Below are positions 1 through 11,051 of a DNA stretch of 33,188 nt, piece by piece. The position numbers and the translations under genes were made by a program. Position 1 is the first letter of the stretch, and each line of letters opens with the position of its first letter. The notes under the pieces were generated by a model. The model saw only the letters and a program-made list of their open reading frames with translations. It did not search any database and was not told where the DNA came from. This DNA comes from Xylographa opegraphella (taxonomy: Eukaryota), in contig JALDZX010000116.1 of the NCBI GenBank assembly GCA_022813865.1, positions 1 through 33,188 on the forward strand, in the 5' to 3' direction.

Positions 1-64
1 ATATTATATTATATTATATTATATTATATTATATTATATTATATTATATTATATTATATTATAT
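1..64. repeat. (ATATT)n microsatellite at window start
   Basis: 12 perfect ATATT units at 1-60 plus a partial unit. Confidence 0.98.
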
Positions 65-84
65 AAAAATGAACGCGATTTAAT

Positions 85-462
85 TGTTACGATCCTGCCT
101 CTCACTAGTATAGTTCGATTAGGGATCTGGGTTGGATTCGTCAATGAGTAGATAGGAAGTCACGATGCAGTCTTAATGCTCCAGTCTAATAGTCTTCGTA
201 CAGTATTGTATTGAAGCCTATTAGTCTAAGATCATAACATGAGTTGAACACGCCTTCTACAACATAGGAGATCCTCCGCTCTATATAGAAGTCCTGTTCC
301 TGGGTGCTACCTATGCTCCTAGAAGGGAGCACAGGAGCATTGGGGCTGCTCTTATGCCAAGCCTTAGGAGCATTAAGGATGCTCCTATGCCAAGCCTTAG
401 GAGCATTCCTGTTAGGGTCCTTTCCGTACCCGAACTACCCGGTGCTGGGTTGAACCTTAACA
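85..462. mobile_element. Solo LTR (378 bp) of an LTR retrotransposon, little RIP
   Basis: Termini TGTTA...TAACA form a short inverted repeat. A perfect 5-bp TSD TTAAT lies at 80-84 and 463-467. The segment is GC-balanced in AT-rich flanks. It has a CTATATAG TATA-like box near 280 and an internal 22-bp direct repeat TATGCCAAGCCTTAGGAGCATT (353-374, 386-407). Confidence 0.9.
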
Positions 463-2409
463 TTAATGCGAGCATTTAATGATTAATTTTTTTTAAATTT
501 ATATAATATTAAAATTAATCGTAAACGATAAAGAAATTTTCTTTACGTTAAAATTCTGGAAAATACTATTCAAAACCCTAAAAGTTAAATTTAAATTATT
601 AATAATAAATTAAAAAATATAATCAAAACATAAAATAATATTTACGAGTATTAATTAAAAATAAAACGATTATATAAATTGTTTATTAATAGTTTAATAT
701 ATATAATTAATAATAATAATATGTTTATAAAAATATCGCCTTTTTCGGGGAAAAAAATATTAACGACTATAAATAATAATAAACGTTAAATTTAACGGAG
801 TAGCGTTAAACGTTATAATATATACGGAAAATATCAAGGAAATTGTCACGGGTTCTGAGTTCTGAATTTTAACCTGATCTGTATTTTTTTATTGCTCTGT
901 TTGCACATCATAGCGAGTTATTATATAATAAAGCTTTTTCTTTTCATAGTTATAAATTTAGCTTTTTTATACGATTATGAATTATAAATTCTGTAGTTAA
1001 ACGCTCACCTTACAAGTAATAACACCGTCGATATTATTTAATTATTCAAAATACCAGAAATTGCTCGTTGATTTTATCAATTAAACAATTTAGCACTTTA
1101 ATAAATCATTGTTTTTCTAGATTGACTTTAGTATTATTTTGGCAAAAAATCTTTAATTATTCTTTATTTTTATTTTATTTTATAAATATTAATATATTTA
1201 TTTATCATTTCCTAAATCGTGTGTGTTTAGTAAGTGATGTGGCCTTTTTAATTTTTTTTTAAAAAAAACCTTTAATTTATACTACTAAAAATATTTTGAA
1301 TAAAGTTTTTTATAATTATCGTAATTTCTTTAATTAAAAACGCTGTAATAATTCGAGCCTGTTTTCGTTTCGAAATTTTTATTAAAATTAATTATTAATT
1401 CGTTTAATACGTTTTTTAGTTCCTTAAAAGTTTCGTCAGATAGATTATAATTAGCAACGTTAAATTTATTTATTTTTAATTTGATTGTTTTAAATTAATT
1501 AATTTTATCGGCTTATTTCAAGCAATACGGGTAAGATCTTTAAAATTATTAATCTAAAATTCAAATTTAATAGTTAATAAAGTAGCTTTGAAATTCGACG
1601 TAAAATAATTTATCAAAACAATTTTATATTTACTATTAGCATTTTTACAGAAAATAAACATCGATAAAATATTTACTGTAACTTTTTATTTCTTTATAAA
1701 TTTTATTATTTTCATTAATAGTTAATCAAATACTCGTAACCGAAAACGACTCGAGAAATCAAACGTACTTAAATCTCTCGGTACTTTAAAAGGTCAAAAA
1801 ATAAAAATATATAAATAATAATTATTATTGAGGCACTGAATTTAATAAAATTTAGTAAAAAAGCTTTTAAAAATTAGTGATTCAGCATATACAAATCCCT
1901 GTTTTACCAGAATTTTCTAATCCCCCCGGTTCGTTTAGCTCAGTTAATTAAAGCGGTTAAAACGATAAAAACGAAGGTAAAAATTACTAAAAATCAATAA
2001 ATATTAATCTATTTTACTTAAACATATTAATAAACTGGGGCGAAAATATGTGATGAATAAATATTTAAAAAATTACTACAGAAACATTTATAACTTTATA
2101 AATCGGGTACGTATCGCAGCAAATATTAAAATTATAGTAAAAATACGATAAAACTTAAATACGTATTTTGATGACAAGATCGAATTATAGTAAAATATTT
2201 AATTTAATAAAATTATAAAACTTAATCTAGTAGTTTATTTAAATAGCGTTTAAAAGTTTTACAGAGTTTTTAAACGACGTTTTCGATCGTTATTAAGCGA
2301 AATCTTTAATTAATACGTTAATACGCGTTGCATTATTGAAAATATATAAAATCGCCGTAACCTCGTAGAATACATTAATATATTTAATATTATTACGAAA
2401 GAATATAAT

Positions 2410-2948
2410 ATATTTTTTACGCATTTAATACATTTAATATATTTTTCAATTTTTTTACTACATTAAAAAATTAAAAAAATTATTTGAAAATATTCAATTC
2501 GTTCAAAAAATATATTTAAAAATTATTAAAAATAAATAAAAACTGATAAGCCAAAAATATTTTAAATTCTTTTAAACAGGTTTTCTACTAGGTTTATATA
2601 AAGAATATCAATATGTAGTCAAATTAACTTTATGTAAAAAGTTTGAATTCGTTTAAATTTTTAAGTTACGGTGAATATTCGTAATGTTACAGCGTTAACG
2701 AATATTTACAAATAATATTCGATAGTTTAAAGTTTTAAAATTCATTCTATTTTTAGCTATATCTTAAAAAAGTATTAAAAAGTATTCAAAACGTATTTTA
2801 AATATATAAAATATTAATTACAAGAGTTAAAAGCAAAGTTTTTTATTAAACGTGTTAAATATATTAAACGTATTAAATACGCAAAAAGTATACTTTTTGA
2901 CCGATCTGTAAAACCTTGAATTTTGAGCAAGAATTCTTTTTGCTGATG
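2410..2948 (+). mobile_element. MITE-like TIR element, copy 1 (left end missing)
   Basis: Ends in the TIR CTTTTTGCTGATG (2948). It is colinear with the reverse complement of 16255-16963 and with 3370-3660 (shared aaaaactgat.aagc, aacagg...ctactagg, gaatattcgtaa). The left boundary is approximate. Confidence 0.8.
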
Positions 2949-3275
2949 TATACGTTAATAACGATATCAATTATAATAAATTTTACGAATTAAATAAAAT
3001 TATCGATAAACGTATTATATTGATAAAATTTATTTAAAATTTAATAGAATAAAAACTACAAATTAAAATTTAATACATTAAAAATCGTACAAAAATAAAA
3101 AAGTACGCACGATCTATTAGCAAATTTTAAAATTTAACTAAAAACGATTATTTTATTATCGATAATTAATTAATTTAAATTTATATAAAAAACGTAAATT
3201 CATTTTATTTATTTATATATATATACATATTAAATAGTAGAAACGTTACATTTTTCGTTTGAACGAATAAATGTA

Positions 3276-3660
3276 TATCAGCAAAAAGGAAAATCGAAAA
3301 TTCGATCAAAAAGGATAATTTTTACGCAAAAAGCAAATTTGCAGAAATAGCACAAAATTTTTAATTTTTGTATACTTTTTGTGTATTCAGCACGTTTAAC
3401 ACGTTGAGTAATTTTTTATTAAACTAAAAAATTAGAAAAAGTTTTAAAGAAAATAATTCGCTTAAAAATATATTTTAAAATTATTGAAAAATAAATAAAA
3501 ACTGATTAAGCAAAAAATATTTTTCGAAAAAAATCTTTTAAATCCCTTTAAACAGGCCTTCCACTAGGTTTATATAAATACTATAAATACGTAATTAAAT
3601 CAATTTTACGTAAAAATTTCAAATCTGTTGAAAATTTCCAATTACGTCGAATATTCGTAA
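3276..3660 (+). mobile_element. MITE-like TIR element, copy 2 (right end missing)
   Basis: Begins TATCAGCAAAAAGG (C>T variant of the TIR CATCAGCAAAAAG). It matches the reverse complement of 16600-16963, and similarity stops at ~3660. Confidence 0.8.
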
Positions 3661-4910
3661 AATAAAAATAAAAATTTAATAAAAATATATAATTTCAAGC
3701 AAAAAAATAACAAATTTTACAAAAAATTAACAAAAATATTATATCGTTAAACGCGAAAAACGTATATATAACGTTATTAAAAAAGATTATAATAATTTTT
3801 TATCGAAGTAAATAAAATAAATATTAGGAAAAAACGAATAAAATATTGACGCAGCGATTTTTTTTCCATAAAAGAAATAATAAAATTAAAAAACGAACTT
3901 TATAAAATAAAAAATATGTTAATAATATATATGAAAACGAAAAAAAATATTTATAAACGTATTTATTATTAAAAAGAATTAATTATAAATTATAATATAA
4001 AACAAAGAACTATAATTAATTATAAATAATTTGATACGTACCAACGTAGTATAAAGTTTAAACGACGTTGAAAAAGCGTATAAAAAACGATTAAAATTTT
4101 ATTGAAAATTTTAAATTATCGAAAGTTAATTAAATTTACTACGAAATTTTAAGTGGCGATTAGAATATTAATATATATAAAATAATTAAAATAATTTTTA
4201 ATAATAAAAATAACTTTTTTACGAAAACGATTAAGTTAATAAATAAATAAATATTAATATCAATATATAAAATAACGTAATCGCGACGATAAATTTATAT
4301 TTAGAAATCAAAAGGGTGGTTTTTTCCTTAAAACCCTTTATTTATATAATAATTAAATAAATTCTTCGATGAATCGATTAACATCGATGTCACAAGGGTG
4401 TATAAATATTATTCTATATTCACTAATTCAATTCAATTCGATTTATATCGCAATATAAAATTTACTCGTTTTTTTCGCTGAGTCGAACGAAAAAAATATT
4501 ATTTAAGGGAAAAAAGTTTTCAGAGAAAAAAAACGAAGGGGGAAAAAGACGAAAAAAGAAGAAAAAATGAGTAAAATCAGCGCATAATCATCAGAAAATA
4601 TATTAAAAATAAAAGTTAAATTTAAACACAATATAAATATATCGCAGAATAAATTATTAGAAAATATTCCAAATAGTATTTTGATAGTAAATAAATAATG
4701 CGGGTAAAGAACCTGGTTGGGCCTAGCCTGGACTCTGACCGTGGACTCTCCCTAGGCATGGGGGCAACTGCGCCCCTTTTTACTCAAACCAATTTCCCAT
4801 AAATCACAAATGTGTATCATTAACGTGCTCCGTTAACCTCTCAATCACAATAAAGCAGCAAGCTGCAATTCCACTGATTCGGCTTTTGAAACTGTTGGGT
4901 TCAATATTAA

Positions 4911-5968
4911 ATGGCCATAGCAGTATTAAAACCAGAACCCTCGTCGCCTCGTCAATCTCTAAAACACAAGTTATCCATAAGTGGTTTACTTCGTGACTCC
5001 ACAAGTACTGGTGGGAAACGACGGAAGAAAACTACATCTCTGGTTAACGAAGATCGCGACTTCGAAAATGGAACAAACACTGTGCTTGGAAGTCTGAATA
5101 GGCATCTTCTGGCCGATTTGATTACGCAGCGAACCAAAAAGTTTGCAAAGGACCTGAGCCTGATAGACACAGAAAAGAAGCGTGTTCCGGGTGAGTACGC
5201 ATTGCAAGTTTGACCTAGTTGGCGAAGATTTATGGAATTTTTAGTGCACGCCATCCATGACACTGGCAGCTGGCAACGGCCTAGAATCCTTGAAAATCTG
5301 CCCGAATTTATAGAGGTATACTCGTCCAGATTTGGCCAATCAAAAAACTTGGCTTCGTCTTCGGAGGAGAAAGGATCTCCCCACACCATCGTTGTCACCG
5401 CTGCTAGCCTAAGAGCTGCCGATATCACCCGGTATGCTTATCGAAAAATGCAGAGTTAGCTGAATCTGACTTTATGCCTGCAGTATGTTGAGGAAATTCG
5501 AGACCAAGGAAGCAATTGTAGCAAAATTGTTTGCCAAGCACAAGAAATTGGTGGACGCTACTGATTATGTCAGGAAGACAAGGCAAGTCTCCCATGTATC
5601 TTGGGCTTGACGCCCCAGTCACATCTTGAAGTGAGGTGGCTTGCAGACTTACAAGCTGCAGAATAGGAATTGCAGTTGGGACTCCTGCAAGACTTCTTGC
5701 TCTTCTAAACTCCGGTTCGTAACGTTGTCTGTTTCTCGTGACCGAGAAGCGGGCACTTGGTCTCTGATTTGTTCTTATATATACAGGGTCGTTATCCACA
5801 GACAAATTGGAGCGGATCGTGGTCGACATGTCACATATCGACCAGAAAAAAAGAGGCATTCTTGATATGAAAGAGACGTTTGAGCCACTCGTGCAGTTGC
5901 TAACTCGAAAAGATCTTGAGAGGCATTCCACCACAGAAGCTGGCCGAGTTGATCTACTCTTCTTTTGA
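4911..5968 (+). CDS. CMS1: Cms1/CMSS1 family U3-containing 90S pre-ribosomal complex subunit (266 aa, 5 exons: 4911-5190, 5245-5431, 5484-5582, 5662-5714, 5787-5968)
   Basis: Manual splicing gives 801 nt in one frame. The family hallmarks are GSPHTIVVTAASLRAADITR, VAKLFAKHKKL, IGIAVGTPARLLALL, IVVDMSHIDQKKRGILDM and a C-terminal DLLFF*. Introns are GTGAGT..TAG, GTATGC..CAG, GCAAGT..CAG and GTTCGT..CAG. Confidence 0.92.
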
Positions 5969-6527
5969 GCTCGGGGGTTGAGTTTGTCTTTGACTTCGTC
6001 TTACCAAGTCAAGGCGCTCATGACTTTGTCATTTTGGGCTATGCAAACCAAGTGTGCTCATTGCTCAGATGCTGCATAAGTGGCCCAAATTAAGGCATAT
6101 CAACAAAGCAAAGTTGTTTGATGTGCGGCTGCGAAGATCTTTAGCATTTCGCTACCACGTAAATATTGCAATTAATGGATCTCTCGGGCCGTGCTTGCCT
6201 CACGGCTACATAAGTAGGTTCGGTGAGGTAGATGGCTGAAAACCTTACCGTACCTTCCATCTCCATCGAGTTTCTACGTATGTGGGGGCAGTTTTGTCCG
6301 CCCAATCATTCCTTTCACTCTTTTATAACAATACACAATTCGGGTGAAGAATCCACTGCGGTATCTCAATATCCAGAAGTATATTCCTCATACCTGCTTT
6401 GCACCAATGCCTCTCTCGTTCATAAGGTTCTAATCTGTTGTTATTATCGTTCACAGCCAACCGTCCATTTTCTTGCAAGGCACTCATAACGATTGGGGTT
6501 TTCAGCATTCTTGGAACCAGAATAGCG

Positions 6528-7225
6528 ATGAAGGCTTACGTACTTCTGGCGATAGCCTTGGTTACGGCTCCTCAAGTAACACAAACAACAAGTGTTGATT
6601 CGCCGGGTGAGCAGTACTTATCCTCCAAGTCTAAATCCTGGCTTACTCTATCGTGGTAGACTGTGTCTCTAAGTGTTGGGACAACTCCAAGTTTGTCAGC
6701 TTGTGTACAAACGAAGCAAGATGCTTTTGCGACGATAGCAAATTCCAGAGTGTATGTATTCTTTGTCTACGCTTTCTGGTATTTACTGAATAGTCTCAGG
6801 CTGTCTTCCAGTGTCTCTGTTCTCAATGTCAAACAGCTCAGTTTGGCTTTGCTATCCACTCTGCTCTAATGGAGTGCACTGGTACTGATGCAGAAACCTA
6901 CGATGTGCTCCCCCATCTCATTCGCCGCCAGAAATTTCCCAAACGTCATATTACCAACTCCAGATCAGGGTCGATAATCGCGGCATCCCATGAGTCCGGG
7001 TATGCTTCTGCATCTCGTACATATTCCACTACCTTTCGCCATAGTACTGGAGCGGCTTCTGGCTATTCCCGAACTCGAAGCACGAGCTCAGATCACAATC
7101 ATAGTCATAGCAAATCCGCATCACAACCTTCAATATCAACATCGTTTGCGAGTTTTGTAAGCTACCATTCGCTTTCCGCAACGACACTTTCAGCAACACT
7201 TTCACGGAACATCACATTTATGTAA
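6528..7225 (+). CDS. Secreted CFEM-domain protein with Ser/Thr/His-rich tail (198 aa, 3 exons: 6528-6606, 6660-6751, 6800-7225)
   Basis: N-terminus MKAYVLLAIALVTAPQVTQT is signal-peptide-like. The spliced product reads PDCVSKCWDNSKFVSLCTNEARCFCDDSKFQSAVFQCLCSQCQTAQFGFAIHSALMEC, i.e. PxC-x3-C-x9-C-x5-CxC-x11-C-x4-C-x15-C, which is the CFEM spacing. Introns GTGAGC..TAG (53 nt) and GTATGT..CAG (48 nt) keep the frame (597 nt). Confidence 0.88.
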
Positions 7226-7344
7226 ACCCGCTGCAATTTCCTGACGGAGGGTTTTACCACTCGAGTCAGACTAAAAATGCCCCCGAACTTCTATACCAAC
7301 CTAGGATGTTTTGTGGCCTTCATCTGGCCAGAAATAAGAACAAT

Positions 7345-8291
7345 TCACAAATATTGTTTTAAAAACTTTATAATAACTGGGTTCGATTATGATTGAACGT
7401 TACATGTTGCGAATGTATTAATATTGTAATATAATGGAATAATATTCTGTATTCGTAATTTTTGTATTTTTAATTAATTTTTTTTCAAAATTATATCGAT
7501 TTCGAATATTATAATGATTGATTTAATGTTACGATTTTGAATTTTATCAATATTGTTAACAATTTCCTGACGACGCGAAATAATTATTTTAATAACGATC
7601 GAAAATAATTATATAAAAAATGAAATAAATTTTTGAAATAAATTTATATTATAATGTTTATTTATTATATATATAATAAAATTTATTTTCGCGTTTACAT
7701 ATTCGTTTGTTGCGATAAAAGATGTAAAATATTTATAATATTTTACTTTCGACGCTTTAAATCAATTGTATTAAATATTTCAAATACGTAATAAATTTAA
7801 AAATAATTATTATAATTATATTTTTCACTCGCGTCTCGCGTATTTTTCGATTAATATTTAATTCCTTTATCAAAGTCAATGATAATTTTCAATCTTTTAT
7901 AAAAATGTATTATTACCTTGAAATTTTTAAATATATAATTACGTAAAATATATTAATAAATAATTGTAAAAATATATATTTGAATTTTCTCTCGTAAAAC
8001 ACGATTAACGCGATTTCGTATTGAATATATAATTCGCGTAAATTAGCGCTCGGGAACGCGATTTTGAAATTTTTAAATTCAAGTTAGGAGTTTAAAATTT
8101 TCATTAAAAATCGCAGATTTATGTTATCGCGAACAATAAAATGCGAAAATTTTCACCAAAATTTTCACAGTTTACGCAATTTGTAAAAAATTGAAATTTT
8201 TATAATATAAAAAATTCAATTTTAATGTTTTATAATGATAAGAAATACTTTGTAATAATTATATTATTTTAAAATTAATTATTAAAAAAAG
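7345..8291. repeat. Unclassified RIP-degenerated relic
   Basis: AT-rich, CpG-retaining composition like the identified TE copies. I could not decode any motif. Confidence 0.55.
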
Positions 8292-8625
8292 TGTGAAAGG
8301 TAAAATTTTGAACTCGAGATATAATACGTATTTTAATTTATTAAATTGAGATTAAGAAAGGAAATCTGAAATCGTAGATTTGAATTACATATATATTGAG
8401 TTTTTTAAATAAAAAACCACGATTAATTTATAAACAGGCTGAAAATCACGTTTCAAATAGAAATAAATAAAAAATCACGTTTCAAATGTAAATAAACGAA
8501 TAAACCTATAAATCGATAAATCGAGCGTCACTTTAAATTTTTAATTTTTATAATATTTCCCTTTTTATATTTTTTGATTTTAAAAAAATTATAATTAAAA
8601 ATATATTTACAGCGACGAAATATTT
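8292..8625 (-). mobile_element. Ty3/Gypsy family A fragment: 3' LTR (8292-8555) plus PPT-side sequence
   Basis: Starts TGTGAAA..AAAATTTTGAACTCGAG, like 14694. It is followed by a pyrimidine tract (reverse-complemented PPT) and ~70 bp matching 11297-11370. Confidence 0.8.
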
Positions 8626-8876
8626 TAATTTTCAAATTAATAAAGAAAATATTATAAACGTGCTTGAATTTAAATAAATAAATAAATATATAATAAATAA
8701 TTAAAAAAGTATTATAAATTTAAATAAATTTAAATATATTTAATAATATAACGAGATCGTAATATTATTAACATAATCATCGATAAATTATATATTTAAA
8801 GAAAAATTAAATAAACAAAGCTTGCTATATTATTTAATTATTTATATTTTATAATTTAAAAGATCAAGATATATAA

Positions 8877-11051
8877 AATTATAAAGTATAAAGTTCAAAA
8901 TGGCGTTCGATCTGTCGATTTATTTATCTATTTCTTTATTTATTTATGATTTAAACGTGATTTTTATCTGCTCGCATTCTGGGCGTGGCCTTTTATTTAA
9001 AAAGTTTAATATATAAAATTAAAATCTACGATTTTAAATTTTTTTCTTTAATTTTAATTCAGTAAATTAAATACATATCGCATTTTAAACTTAAAATTTT
9101 AAATTTTATATATTAAATTTTTTTATAATAATCATTCGGTCAGGCAAGCGTATTTTCTTTTCGTTCGTTTTTTTTTCGAATACGTTTATGTTGCACAATA
9201 TTTTTTTTCAATACGTATTCAAATTGCTATTATTTTTTAATTAAACGTAGTAAATAAAAGAATGATATTAAACTTTATAATTAACGACAAGATTAATGTA
9301 CTACGAAACGATTTCCCTAAACGTAATAATTAATATTTATATATAGATAAAAAATTATTCAACGAAAATATAAAAATTCGTATTTTTTTACGCCATTTAA
9401 ACGTTCGATTTATATATAATCGATAAATATTATAAACGTTATAATTACTCTTTTTTTCCAAATTTTTTACTTCTTTTATAACGATCGTTTTTTATAACTC
9501 GTTAATTTAACGCTTATTATATTTTTATCTAAAAAACTTAAGTTTTAATGGCTAATTATTATTATTTTGAACAATCGTTCCAAATTTATTTATATTATAG
9601 TAAAATATATATCGTAAAATCATATTCGAATCGTAATTAATACGTTATTAATTATTTATTTGATTTTAATCATTTTTTTAAATCTTTTACGTTAATATAG
9701 AATAAAATTTTAAAACTCGATATTAAAATAAAAACGCATTTTTCTTTAATTACGTTGTATAATTTTTAAAGTAAACGATTTCGTACGCTTTAAATTAATA
9801 TAATTTTTATCATCAATCATTTTGCAGAATTTGCGTTTATTACGCGCCTGAAACAATCGGAACTCGATATTGAAAAAATTTGGAATTCATATTAAAATAA
9901 AAATTACGCTTTTCTAAATTACGTTCAATAATTATTAAAATAAATAATTTTTTAGGTTTTAAATATATATAATTCTTTACCATTAATTATTTCGCCATCG
10001 ATTATGTTACGTAAATTTTTAAATTAAAAATTTTTAATTTTTTATACGTAAAAACGGCCTTTATTACGCGTATTTAAAACTTTTTGCTAGGGTATTCGTA
10101 TTCGTGTTATGAAAGGTGAAAATTCTGCGTTTTATTACGCTTTGTCGCCATCTTCTTTATTATAATTATATTTTTTACCCGTGCCCCACGTACCTCTCGG
10201 CCAGTATTTAACTTTTTTATTAAAATTAATAATGATTTTTAATACTACCTAAAGGTAGGTATACTGCCACGCTGGGGGTATTATTATATAAAACCGGAAA
10301 ATTATCGAAAATTTCGTTTAATTTTGTTGCTATTTTATTAATATAAATTTTTAATTTATTATTATCGTACAGCCAATCGAAAGATTACGACGTTTTTAAA
10401 ATCCCGTTTAAATAATTTTTGATTCATAATAAAATTAAAGATTCGAGACTTTGACTAATAAATATAAAAACAATTTCGACCGATATTTATATATTTTTAA
10501 TTGATTGAAATTCGTATATTATACGCGTTTCAAAATTTAGAAAACGAATCGATTGTAAAACGTTAATAATAATTTATTAAAATAAAAAACTTCTATCCCG
10601 CAATCATTTTGTAGTATTATTTTAATTTTTAAATAAAAAAAACTTTAAAATATTGATGTAAATATAACAGCGAAATATTTAATATTAAACTTTATTTATA
10701 ATTTAAATTAATTAATTCGAAAGTTTATTAAAATTTTAATTTTTTTAATAATATAATATAAAATGACCAGGTCGTTTATATTATTTTTAAATTAATATTA
10801 TTGAATAAAATAATAAATTATATCGTAATTGACTATTTTTTTTTAAATCACCGCAAGGGTATGCTATTTTTAAACAAGTCGTATTTTAGATAAAAAGAAA
10901 TATAACGCTAATAAATAATACGTTCGACGAAAAGTAAATAATACGAAAACGCGAAAAAATAAAAGTATATAAATAAAAAATTATTTAAACGTTAATATTA
11001 TTTCGTTAAGCGATTAATCCCTTTAAAAATGAAAAATATTTAACAAATAAA
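8877..11051 (+). mobile_element. Ty3/Gypsy family A, 5' part (LTR 8877-9110, leader/gag 9111-9335 and ~10270-11051, interrupted by unrelated sequence)
   Basis: The LTR matches 30615-30862. Downstream CGGTCAGGCAAGCGTATTTT matches the reverse complement of 26935-26960. 10270-11050 matches the reverse complement of ~25480-26250. Confidence 0.72.

Larger units (their letters stand above)
468..4690. repeat. RIP-degenerated AT-rich repeat/transposon relic block (families unresolved apart from the MITE copies)
   Basis: Very high AT, TpA-rich, residual G/C mostly in CpG, and no credible ORF. There is an abrupt compositional boundary at ~4700. Confidence 0.75.

Noticed and set aside
844..2176. TGTCACG at 844 as the start of another LTR, possibly ending TGACA at 2176
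   Set aside because: The flanks (GAAAT versus AGATC) do not form a TSD, and there is no second copy in the window.
4952..5934. Minus-strand ORFs 4952-5428 (158 aa) and 5425-5934 (169 aa)
   Set aside because: They are antisense shadows of the spliced CMS1 gene, with no recognisable motifs.
6054..6508. Short ORFs between CMS1 and the CFEM gene
   Set aside because: No motifs or coherent splice model; most likely UTR/promoter sequence.
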